From NCBI GenBank assembly GCA_016286365.1, contig JAEESN010000008.1, positions 24,319 to 88,318 on the forward strand: a DNA stretch of 64,000 bases. Reading direction: 5' to 3'. Position 1 is the stretch's first letter. The number at the start of each line of letters is the position of its first letter. The DNA is from Treponema sp. Lineage in GTDB: Bacteria; Spirochaetota; Spirochaetia; Treponematales; Treponemataceae. The notes under the pieces were generated by a model. It saw only the letters and a list, made by a program, of their open reading frames with translations. It searched no databases and was not told where the DNA came from. The translations under genes were made by a program, and so were the position numbers. Positions 9,898-17,488 of this stretch are shown here, piece by piece.

Positions 9898-10087
9898 TTT
9901 CTTTTATCTCCTTGTGTTTACACCAGCCTTTAAATTCACCACAAATAGAACACCTGCCATCTAGCTTTTTTGCACATTCTTTACAGACAGGTTTTCCATT
10001 AATCCACCAATATTTTATAAGACAAACTCCATTTATATCTTCCAGAGATTTTCCACATATTGAACATTCTCTTGTATACATGCCCAT
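9866..10087 (-). CDS. Small double zinc-ribbon protein (73 aa from the preferred start)
   Basis: CSICGKSL...CKECAKKLDGRCSICGEFKGWCKH. I prefer ATG 10087 (GGA 5 nt upstream) over the track start at 10135, whose first codons are simply the translated palindrome GAGCGCAACGTTGCGCTC. Confidence 0.5.
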   Translation of the reverse strand: MGMYTRECSICGKSLEDINGVCLIKYWWINGKPVCKECAKKLDGRCSICGEFKGWCKHKEIKENDSKNKDNNY

Positions 10088-10114
10088 GTTTATTCCTGAA
10101 TAAAAAAATCTTTC

Positions 10115-10132
10115 GAGCGCAACGTTGCGCTC
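10115..10132. repeat. GC-rich perfect palindrome GAGCGCAACGTTGCGCTC (copy 1)
   Basis: 18-bp perfect palindrome read directly, 28 bp upstream of the mini-ORF operon's first gene. Confidence 0.95.
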
Positions 10133-10332
10133 CATAAAAAATAATAAATGTCAACTTTTAGCAGATATAACATTTTGTATTAATTAAAATGTAAATCATT
10201 AATGTAAAATTGTCAATTTTTTATTTATAATATACAAATGTTTTATAAAAAAACAATGTGTATAACAAATAAAACAATACAATATAAACAATTACAAAAT
10301 CTGTAAAACATTATTTTATCTTGCGGTACGTT

Positions 10333-10353
10333 AAAGGTGGCAAAGCCACCTTT
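10333..10353. other. Hairpin AAAGGTGGC-AAA-GCCACCTTT in the AT-rich intergenic region (candidate oriT or terminator element)
   Basis: 9-bp perfect stem with a 3-nt loop, read directly. It is the only GC-rich feature between palindrome copies 1 and 2. Confidence 0.6.
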
Positions 10354-10431
10354 ATTAACTGTTTTGAAAACTGCCGGGATTTTAGTTAAAAAAAGTAATA
10401 AGTGCTAAAACTCGGCAATTATAATAAAAAC

Positions 10432-10453
10432 TCGAGCGCAACGTTGCGCTCGA
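10432..10453. repeat. GC-rich perfect palindrome TCGAGCGCAACGTTGCGCTCGA (copy 2, extended to 22 bp)
   Basis: Perfect 22-bp palindrome ending 6 bp upstream of a TTGACA box in front of the topoisomerase gene. Confidence 0.95.
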
Positions 10454-10459
10454 ATAGAA

Positions 10460-10489
10460 TTGACAAAATAATCTTTTTAATCTTAAAAT
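10460..10489 (+). promoter_or_regulatory. Sigma70-like promoter for the topoisomerase gene
   Basis: TTGACA (10460-10465), an 18-nt spacer, then TAAAAT (10484-10489), about 36 nt upstream of ATG 10526. Confidence 0.4.
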
Positions 10490-10525
10490 AATTAAAGTTC
10501 CTGTCCGCCCAAGCAAGGAACAAAA

Positions 10526-12571
10526 ATGCTTATATTAACAGAAAAGCCTAGCGTAGCAAAAGATTTTGCAAAAGCTTTAGGCTGCCATTTCTCAAAAGGG
10601 TTTTACCAATCAGAAAAAACAATTATTACAAATTGTATTGGTCATTTATTTAAACTTTATGAACCATCAGAATATGACAGTTCATATAAAGACTGGAATA
10701 AATTACCAATAATTCCGGATAAATTTCTTTATAAAATATCTGATAATGTAAAAGCTCAAGCACAATTAATAATCAGATTATTAAAAGAGCATAAAAATGA
10801 TTCAATTCTCATAGCAACTGATGCTGATCGTGAAGGAGAAATAATTGCAAGAGAATGTCTTAATTATGCAGGAATCAATGATTTTAATAAGATTAAAAGA
10901 TTCTGGGTTTCCCAGGCATTAACACAAGAAGTAATAATTGAGGGAATTAAAAATGCAAAATCTTTAACTTCTTATGATTTATTATCATTACAGGGATTTG
11001 CAAGACAACATTCTGACTGGCTTGTAGGAATTAATTTTTCCAGGTTTATAACGATTAATTCAAATAAAAAATTACCAGTCGGTAGAGTACAAACCGCTGT
11101 TCTTTCAGCAATAGAAAAACGATGTAATGAAGTTCAAAATTTTATTCCTGAAAAATATTATGAATATCATGGAACTTTTTCTGATAATGAAAAAACATTT
11201 ACAGGAATTTTATATATAAATGATATAAATAAATTTTTCCCTGAAAAACTTGAGCGCAACGTTGCGCTCGAATTAGAAAAGATTAATAATCTTATAAATA
11301 ATAAAGCTGAATTAAAAGAAACAAAAACGGAAAAGAAAACGATTCCGGCACCTCAATTATATTCATTAAATGATTTACAAAAAGAAGCTTTTAATAAATA
11401 TAATTTATCAGCTGCAGAAACATTAAATATAGTTCAGAAATTATATGAAGATTACAAATGTGTTTCATATCCAAGAACTCCTTCAAAAGTAATGGGAGAA
11501 CAAAACGTAGATTTATGTATAAATGTTTTTAATAAACTTATACAAAATGATTCTTCACTAAAAGAAAAATATGATAATTCTTATATAACAAGACAAAACA
11601 AAAGAGTTTTTAATGATAAGCTTTTAGAAGCACATCATGCTTTAATTCCTCTTGATATATTACCTGATATGGCAAATGAAAAAGAAAAATGGATTTATAA
11701 TTTAATTAAAAATAGATTTACAATAGCTTTTCTGGAAGCTTGTATAAAAAATATAAATACATTTACTTTATCAGTAAAGGATAAAATATTTATTGTTAAA
11801 ACTTCTGAAACAATACAGGAAGGGTGGAAAAAATATATACAAAAAGATTCTGAAAATACAGAAGAAGAATTCCAGGAAATAAACAATATAAACTGGAATC
11901 AAGTTATTTTGAAAGACATTCAGAAAAAAGAAAAATTTACAAAACCAAAAAAATTATTTACTGAAGCTTCAATTTTATCTTTTATGGAAAATCCAAAAGA
12001 TGATATAAACCAGGAAAAATTATCAGGTCTTGGAACTCCTGCAACAAGACATACTTTTATACCAAAACTTCAAAATGCCGGATATATAAAAATCGAAAAG
12101 AAAAATATTCTAATAACTGAACTTGGTCTTACTTTACTTGAAGCAGTGCGTACATCATCTATTTCTGCCATTGCAGATATTTCAACTACAACAAATTGGG
12201 AACAAAAGTTAAATGATGATCCAAAAGAATTTATGAATAACATAAAAACTTATGTAAAAGATTCAATCAAGAACAATATTAAACTTGATATTAAATTTTC
12301 TTCCAATGGAATAGTTTGTCCTGTATGTGGTAAAGAAGTAAGAAAAGGAAAACTGAATTACTATTGTTCAGGTTATAAAGAAGGCTGCTTATTTAATATA
12401 TGGCAAAAAATTTCAGGAGCAAATATAACAGAAAAAGATATAAAAGATTTATGTGAAGGGAAAAAGACTGGAATTAAACATTGTGTTAATAAAAACGGAA
12501 ATAATTTTGATTGCAGATTTAAACTTGATGATAATAAAAAAATTGAGTTTATTTTTGAAAAGAAAAAATAA
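10526..12571 (+). CDS. Type IA DNA topoisomerase (topoisomerase III-like, as often carried by conjugative elements) with C-terminal zinc ribbons
   Basis: Toprim N-terminus (MLILTEKPSVAKDFAKAL, DADREGE), active-site Tyr context VSYPRTPS, and C-terminal CPVCGKEV...YYCSGYKEGC. Confidence 0.85.
   Translation: MLILTEKPSVAKDFAKALGCHFSKGFYQSEKTIITNCIGHLFKLYEPSEYDSSYKDWNKLPIIPDKFLYKISDNVKAQAQLIIRLLKEHKNDSILIATDADREGEIIARECLNYAGINDFNKIKRFWVSQALTQEVIIEGIKNAKSLTSYDLLSLQGFARQHSDWLVGINFSRFITINSNKKLPVGRVQTAVLSAIEKRCNEVQNFIPEKYYEYHGTFSDNEKTFTGILYINDINKFFPEKLERNVALELEKINNLINNKAELKETKTEKKTIPAPQLYSLNDLQKEAFNKYNLSAAETLNIVQKLYEDYKCVSYPRTPSKVMGEQNVDLCINVFNKLIQNDSSLKEKYDNSYITRQNKRVFNDKLLEAHHALIPLDILPDMANEKEKWIYNLIKNRFTIAFLEACIKNINTFTLSVKDKIFIVKTSETIQEGWKKYIQKDSENTEEEFQEINNINWNQVILKDIQKKEKFTKPKKLFTEASILSFMENPKDDINQEKLSGLGTPATRHTFIPKLQNAGYIKIEKKNILITELGLTLLEAVRTSSISAIADISTTTNWEQKLNDDPKEFMNNIKTYVKDSIKNNIKLDIKFSSNGIVCPVCGKEVRKGKLNYYCSGYKEGCLFNIWQKISGANITEKDIKDLCEGKKTGIKHCVNKNGNNFDCRFKLDDNKKIEFIFEKKK
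11252..11269. repeat. GC-rich perfect palindrome GAGCGCAACGTTGCGCTC (copy 3, inside the topoisomerase coding sequence)
   Basis: Identical 18-mer lying in frame and encoding LERNVALEL. Confidence 0.95.
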
Positions 12572-12585
12572 AGGAGATGATTATA

Positions 12586-12852
12586 ATGAGCTATTGTAGA
12601 TTTTGCGGGACAGAAATTAACTATACCAGAACTGCAAATGAAAAATGGATGCCTTATGATGTTACAGGCCAGCCACATTTTTGTAATAAAGGAAAAGATA
12701 AAAAGAATAATGGTTTAACGGTTTGTAAAAAATGTGGTAAACCTGTTTTTACAATGAATAAGAAAAAAATAGACTATACAAGTTTAAAAGAACATGAATG
12801 TTCAAAAGCTGCAATTACAAGATATCAGAAATATCTTAAAAGAAGTAAATAA
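12586..12852 (+). CDS. Small double zinc-ribbon protein (88 aa)
   Basis: CRFCGTEI...HFC and CKKCGKPVF motifs. AAGGAG (12571-12576) is 9 nt upstream of ATG 12586, so I prefer this start to the track start at 12577. Confidence 0.55.
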   Translation: MSYCRFCGTEINYTRTANEKWMPYDVTGQPHFCNKGKDKKNNGLTVCKKCGKPVFTMNKKKIDYTSLKEHECSKAAITRYQKYLKRSK

Positions 12853-12858
12853 CATACC

Positions 12859-12876
12859 GAGCGCCACGTGGCGCTC
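12859..12876. repeat. Variant GC-rich perfect palindrome GAGCGCCACGTGGCGCTC (copy 4)
   Basis: It has the same GAGCGC/GCGCTC arms with a CACGTG core. It lies between the convergent zinc-ribbon and integrase genes and may double as a bidirectional terminator. Confidence 0.9.
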
Positions 12877-12891
12877 AGGTTTTAGAAAAGA

Positions 12892-13881
12892 TTAATTGTA
12901 TAAATTTTCTACTGCTTCAAAAGTATTTTTCTGTGCGATTTTAAAATCTTCATAACCAAACCTTGTATAGTAATCAGTCATTTCAACTGAATTATGCCCA
13001 ACTAACTGGCGAACAGTTTCAGCATCTTCTGTTCTTCTCATTCTTGTAACAAAAGTAAAACGTAATGAATGTGGACAAAGCTTGCGTTCTTTAAAATTAA
13101 TTTTTGCTTTTACAAGAACATTCTTAAAAACTTTTTCCAAGTATTCCTGGGATAAAGGTTTATTATTGATTTCTTGTGTTATAAGAAAGTCAGTTTCTTT
13201 TTTTGAATGAGCTTGAATATATTCCTGTGTAAGTTTTATAACTTCATGAGAAAGGGGACAGGTTCGCCATTTCTTTTCTTTCAGAGAACCACATTTATTA
13301 TAATTAGTTCTTGTACCATCTTTTTTACAAAACCCATTAATTAAAATTAAATTATCATCAAAATGAAATTGATTAATTCTTATTGCCCTGGCTTCTCCAA
13401 TTCTTAAACCACAAGAAAAGATAATTTTAAAAATCAAATAATCTCTCTCATTATCCCAAAGTGTGCGGTCAAAAAATCTGTTTAATTCATCTGTACTAAA
13501 AATATCTGTTTTCTGTGAGTTTCTGGAAAATTTTGTAAAGTGAGGTTTTTCGATAGCATGTGGGCATACCCATTTAGTTTCTTCATAAATTGCACCAAAA
13601 CATTCAAGATAAGAATTCTTCCAGCTGCCTGAATGAGATTTATCTTCTAAAAGTAATTTTTCAATATCTCTAACTTGAAGCTTTGAAATATCCTGATTAC
13701 CAAAATCTTTAATAATCTGTTTGATATAGATTCTTTTTTCAACCAATGTTCTTTCACAAAGATTTTTTCCAAAGCTCTTTAATCTTTCCAGGTGTTCAAA
13801 ATCTTCAAGATACATATTTTGAGCTATGTTCTCGATAAGGTAGGGATTAACTTTTGTTTTTAGATTTTCTAAATTTTTCAT
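12892..13881 (-). CDS. Tyrosine recombinase / integrase
   Basis: C-terminal catalytic signature GLRIGEA...HSLRFTFVTRM...LVGHNSVEMTDYYTR (R...H-x-x-R...Y). It is adjacent to a tRNA gene. Confidence 0.85.
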   Translation of the reverse strand: MKNLENLKTKVNPYLIENIAQNMYLEDFEHLERLKSFGKNLCERTLVEKRIYIKQIIKDFGNQDISKLQVRDIEKLLLEDKSHSGSWKNSYLECFGAIYEETKWVCPHAIEKPHFTKFSRNSQKTDIFSTDELNRFFDRTLWDNERDYLIFKIIFSCGLRIGEARAIRINQFHFDDNLILINGFCKKDGTRTNYNKCGSLKEKKWRTCPLSHEVIKLTQEYIQAHSKKETDFLITQEINNKPLSQEYLEKVFKNVLVKAKINFKERKLCPHSLRFTFVTRMRRTEDAETVRQLVGHNSVEMTDYYTRFGYEDFKIAQKNTFEAVENLYN

Positions 13882-13893
13882 ACATTCTCCTCT

Positions 13894-14220
13894 CTAATCC
13901 GCAAATTTCTTTTTATAAAATTCATGAATTAGATCGGTGATTAATTTCTGTTCTTTCTTGGGTAATGATACAAATTCTTTAAATACAGAAGAAATGATTG
14001 AATCTGATTTAACTATCTTATCATTTCCTGTACAAAGATATTCTGCTGAAACTCCTAAAGCTTTTGCAATTTTGCAGCCGATTTCAACATTAGGAAGAAC
14101 ACTTCTTTTACCGGTATAATTACAAAGACATGCATAGCTTACGCCGACTTCGGCTGCAAGCTCTTTTAAGGTTTTGTCATTATAAAATAATTCAATTTTT
14201 AAATTAGTCTTAAAACTCAT
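13894..14220 (-). CDS. Xre-family helix-turn-helix transcriptional regulator
   Basis: HTH segment LKELAAEVGVSYACLCNYTGKRSVLPNVEIGCKIAKALGVSAEYL, immediately upstream of the integrase on the same strand. Confidence 0.75.
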   Translation of the reverse strand: MSFKTNLKIELFYNDKTLKELAAEVGVSYACLCNYTGKRSVLPNVEIGCKIAKALGVSAEYLCTGNDKIVKSDSIISSVFKEFVSLPKKEQKLITDLIHEFYKKKFAD

Positions 14221-14296
14221 ATACCGATTATATAATATTTTTATGATTATATTTTAGAAAATAGATAAAAATTAAAAAATAAGAAATATAAAATAT

Positions 14297-14319
14297 ATGA
14301 TTGACAAATATACAATCAT
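14297..14319. promoter_or_regulatory. Inverted repeat ATGATTG-N9-CAATCAT (candidate operator) overlapping a TTGACA box
   Basis: Read directly, in the xre upstream region. TTGACA (14301-14306), a 17-nt spacer and TATTAT (14324-14329) lie on the plus strand. Confidence 0.35.
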
Positions 14320-14435
14320 AATTTATTATTATGTTAAATAAGCATAAAGTTATTGCTTAAATGTTTTTTTCGCAACAACTTTAAAACTTATCACATCGAG
14401 TAAACCTGCATTTCCTTGTTTCCAAAGAAATTGTT

Positions 14436-14509
14436 TGGGCAGTGAGAGGATCGAACTCCCGACATTCTGGGTGTAAACCAGACGCTCGTACCAGCTGAGC
14501 TAACTGCCC
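14436..14509 (-). tRNA. tRNA-Val (anticodon TAC)
   Basis: The reverse complement GGGCAGTTAGCTCAGCTGGTA...TCTGG-TTTACAC-CCAGA...GGGAGTTCGATCCTCTCACTGCCCA folds as a cloverleaf. Acceptor stem is GGGCAGT/ACTGCCC. Confidence 0.9.
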
Positions 14510-14703
14510 GATTAATTATTGATATATATAATTTATAACAAAAATCAAAAATTTAGTCAATAGAGTTTGATTAAGATTTTCATTATTTTTAATTTTCATG
14601 CTAATTTAAGAATTTTCTTAATAATTTTATATACCACTATCATTATTATCCATAATCTGTCATAATATAAATATAAAAAAATTTTTTCAAAAGAAGATGA
14701 ATT

Positions 14704-15750
14704 ATGAAAAAAATTTTAAAAACTTTAACTGTAGCAGCAGCTCTTTTTTCTGCCGTTACATTCAACCTTGCTGCACTTGAATCTGGATTTTCACAGGCTA
14801 CTGCAGGAACAGTAACTGATGATGTTGCAGGACTTATGGACCTTACAGGATGGTCAGACATTAAATTCGACAAAGTATTCGGCTTTGTAGATATTAATTC
14901 AACAGCCAGTGGTAATCTTGCTGCTGCATTCCACGTAAACGGTTCTAACGTTCTTGGAATTGCATGGAGTGGAAACTTATGGGCAGCAACCCCATCAAAC
15001 TCTTTTTCTATGCTTTATGGATGGAATACAAATGCCGTTCAGCTTAATTACACACAGATAAAAAATAATCAGTATACTATCGATGGTACTACTTATAATT
15101 TTGATGCAGAAGTAAATATTTTTTCATTTGGAGCAGGTTACGGAAAAACTGTAAATGACAAATTTGCATTCGAACTTGCACTTAATTACCTTACTATAGG
15201 TGCAAAAATTGCTACAAATGATACTAATATTTCTTTGGTAACTGCTGGAGCTATGGCTTACTATACTTTACAGAATGATGCAAAAATTAAGTCTACTCTC
15301 TCTGGTGGTTATGCAGGTATTTTCTTCAACTATGAAAATGATTTTATTGAAAATGATTATAGTGTAAACACAATTAATCTTGGATACAGTCTTGAATATA
15401 AACCTTCTTCTAGCTTTACATATGGTTTAAAAGCTGCAATGCCTGTATCATTCACTGATGGTGCTGTAAATGTTGATTTCGAACTTGATAACGGTTTCTC
15501 TTACATCATCCAGCCAGAAAAATTTATCTTTAATATGGGATTAAAGACAACACTTCCTTCAATTACTTTCCCTGATGGCGCAGATACAGTATATGGTACA
15601 TTCAATAATGAATTCTCTGCAGGTCTTTCAATCTTCGCAACTCCTGCTGCAAGAATTGACCTTACTACAATTGCTGCTATTACAAGTGGAATCAGTCTTG
15701 ACGAAATCTGGAACCAGAACTTCCGTATTTCTGTAAGATTGAGCTTCTAG
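14704..15750 (+). CDS. Putative outer-membrane beta-barrel protein
   Basis: Signal peptide MKKILKTLTVAAALFSAVTFNLAA, alternating hydrophobic beta-strand pattern rich in G/Y/N/T, and C-terminal ...RISVRLSF with a terminal Phe. Confidence 0.6.
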   Translation: MKKILKTLTVAAALFSAVTFNLAALESGFSQATAGTVTDDVAGLMDLTGWSDIKFDKVFGFVDINSTASGNLAAAFHVNGSNVLGIAWSGNLWAATPSNSFSMLYGWNTNAVQLNYTQIKNNQYTIDGTTYNFDAEVNIFSFGAGYGKTVNDKFAFELALNYLTIGAKIATNDTNISLVTAGAMAYYTLQNDAKIKSTLSGGYAGIFFNYENDFIENDYSVNTINLGYSLEYKPSSSFTYGLKAAMPVSFTDGAVNVDFELDNGFSYIIQPEKFIFNMGLKTTLPSITFPDGADTVYGTFNNEFSAGLSIFATPAARIDLTTIAAITSGISLDEIWNQNFRISVRLSF

Positions 15751-15780
15751 TTAAGTAATTAAAGCTTAATACTCAAAATC

Positions 15781-15829
15781 ATCCCGGTTAATTTAATCTT
15801 TATGATTTGATTTTCCGGGATTTTTTTTG
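15781..15829 (+). terminator. Possible intrinsic terminator after the OMP-like gene
   Basis: ATCCCGG...CCGGGAT stem followed by T8. The loop is long, so confidence is moderate. Confidence 0.4.
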
Positions 15830-15887
15830 CCCTTAAGATTTTTAATAATACTTTAATTTTAGTTTTTTTTATAATATAATATAGGTG

Positions 15888-16547
15888 ATGAAGAAAATCT
15901 GGATATTTGGAGTGAGCCTTTTATTTTCTCTTTTTTCCTGTTCCAATAACGAGCAGAAACTTGTCATCGTCGAAACAGAAAACACAATAAGAAACGAAAT
16001 CCAGAAAAAGGAAGAAACAATCAACTGGACAAACGATATAGAAGGGGAACTTCTTTTAAAAGATATAAAACAGAATGAACTTTTTCTTTCAACAGACTTT
16101 ATTCAGCCAGAAGCTTATGAATCAATAAAAGATTATGTCCCTCCTGTAATTCCAGAGCTTAAAGGCTTTACTTCGCTTGACACATCTTCCATTCCTAATG
16201 ATTATCTTTCTCTTGTAAAAAATGCCTGTGCTCAAATTAAATATAATCCTGAATCTAATCTTTCTTCTTTTTTTGATAGTGATTATATTTTTAATTATGT
16301 ATTTTTTGTTCACGATTTAAAACAGGGCTACAAGGCTACCTTTAATGCAAAATATCCGGCGTCTGGTGTTTTTAGTGATTATAAAATAGGTAAAGCGGAA
16401 GAAAGCTTTGATTTGATGCAGATTCCGGTAAGATTTTATTGTAAATATGGATATCTTGATTTAATATTTGATATAAGTCAGAATAAAAAAGATATAAAAA
16501 TTCAACAGATAGAAATTGTAAGATGGGAGGCTGAGTATGGAAAATAA
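15888..16547 (+). CDS. Lipoprotein, hypothetical
   Basis: MKKIWIFGVSLLFSLFSCSN is a signal peptide with a lipobox Cys. Confidence 0.6.
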   Translation: MKKIWIFGVSLLFSLFSCSNNEQKLVIVETENTIRNEIQKKEETINWTNDIEGELLLKDIKQNELFLSTDFIQPEAYESIKDYVPPVIPELKGFTSLDTSSIPNDYLSLVKNACAQIKYNPESNLSSFFDSDYIFNYVFFVHDLKQGYKATFNAKYPASGVFSDYKIGKAEESFDLMQIPVRFYCKYGYLDLIFDISQNKKDIKIQQIEIVRWEAEYGK

Positions 16548-17460
16548 AGAACACCTTTCCGGAATCGAAAGGGACTTGGTATTACAGTATCTTATGGATG
16601 GAAATGTTCCTGTTACATTAACTCCATTAGAAAAAGATAAATCATCATCGGAAAGTATTCATTCTGTTCCTTCTAAAGTTTTTCCTGTTGCAATAAAGGG
16701 TGAATCAATCAAAGTTCATAAAAACGGAAAAATCTATCTTGAAAATCCTAATCAGTCTGTAATAGGCTTTGCAAATAAAACTGTAAAAGTTGAATTTTAC
16801 TTTAACCGGGTGGGCCTCTTTTTTATATCAGAAGTAAAAGAAGAAAAAAAATCACTTGTGCTTCTTCTTCCCGAAAAAATCAACAGAATAAAAGACGAAG
16901 AAGATGTTACTGAATATGATTTTTCTGCTCAGCTTTATTTTGAATGCAAGAATAAAAAAGACATAAACGAAAAATGTATTCCGTGGGAACATGAACAGCT
17001 TTTTAATCGCCCTGTATGGAAATCTATTCCGCTCGAAAATCAGAAGCTGGCAAAAGATTATCTTGAACAGTTTGTCGAAGAAGCAAAAATCGAAAAGAAT
17101 GCGGGCAATGGAATCCAGCTTATTCCAATCTGTAATTATCTTACATACGAAGAAAAAAAGATGGAAGCAGTTCAGGACAGAAAAAAGCCGCTCTCTGTTT
17201 TATATGTTGATCACGAAAGAATTGTTTTGGGAAACGACGGTCAGACTGAATATACACCGGGTGATGAATACGGATTAAAGATGTGTTTTTCTATAAAAGA
17301 AAGCCCAGTACTTTCAAGAGATATTTTTGTTACCTGTCTTGTTAATAAAATCTATAAGGCAAAAAATGATAAAACCTGCATCGATTTTATTTATACAACA
17401 ATTCAGGAAGAAGACATAAGATATTTATACGAAAAGGCTACAAAAAAGCACTTAATCTAA
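16537..17460 (+). CDS. Hypothetical protein (307 aa)
   Basis: Complete ORF overlapping the upstream lipoprotein gene by 11 nt. I recognise no motif. Confidence 0.55.
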   Translation: MENKEHLSGIERDLVLQYLMDGNVPVTLTPLEKDKSSSESIHSVPSKVFPVAIKGESIKVHKNGKIYLENPNQSVIGFANKTVKVEFYFNRVGLFFISEVKEEKKSLVLLLPEKINRIKDEEDVTEYDFSAQLYFECKNKKDINEKCIPWEHEQLFNRPVWKSIPLENQKLAKDYLEQFVEEAKIEKNAGNGIQLIPICNYLTYEEKKMEAVQDRKKPLSVLYVDHERIVLGNDGQTEYTPGDEYGLKMCFSIKESPVLSRDIFVTCLVNKIYKAKNDKTCIDFIYTTIQEEDIRYLYEKATKKHLI

Positions 17461-17488
17461 ACTAGATATCAATTTAAAAGATAATCAC

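Larger units (their letters stand above)
1..14435. mobile_element. Integrated conjugative/mobilisable element, right-hand ~14.4 kb; the left end lies outside the window. It abuts the 3' end of tRNA-Val.
   Basis: Contiguous virB8/virB9/virB10-like genes, a MOB relaxase, a type IA topoisomerase and many tiny overlapping ORFs. An Xre repressor and a tyrosine integrase sit directly next to tRNA-Val. By eye the block is more AT-rich than the chromosome to its right. Confidence 0.75.

Noticed and set aside
10088-10135. N-terminal extension MERNVALERFFYSGIN of the zinc-ribbon mini-protein
   Set aside because: Its first codons are just the palindrome GAGCGCAACGTTGCGCTC read through. The internal ATG 10087 has a GGA 5 nt upstream.
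12373-12678. 101-aa minus-strand ORF overlapping the topoisomerase 3' end
   Set aside because: It is antisense to two supported plus-strand genes and has a hydrophobic, low-complexity composition.
16991-17278. 95-aa alternative-frame ORF inside the 307-aa gene (16537-17460)
   Set aside because: It is on the same strand but out of frame within a longer ORF. It is Lys/Arg-rich and has no RBS.
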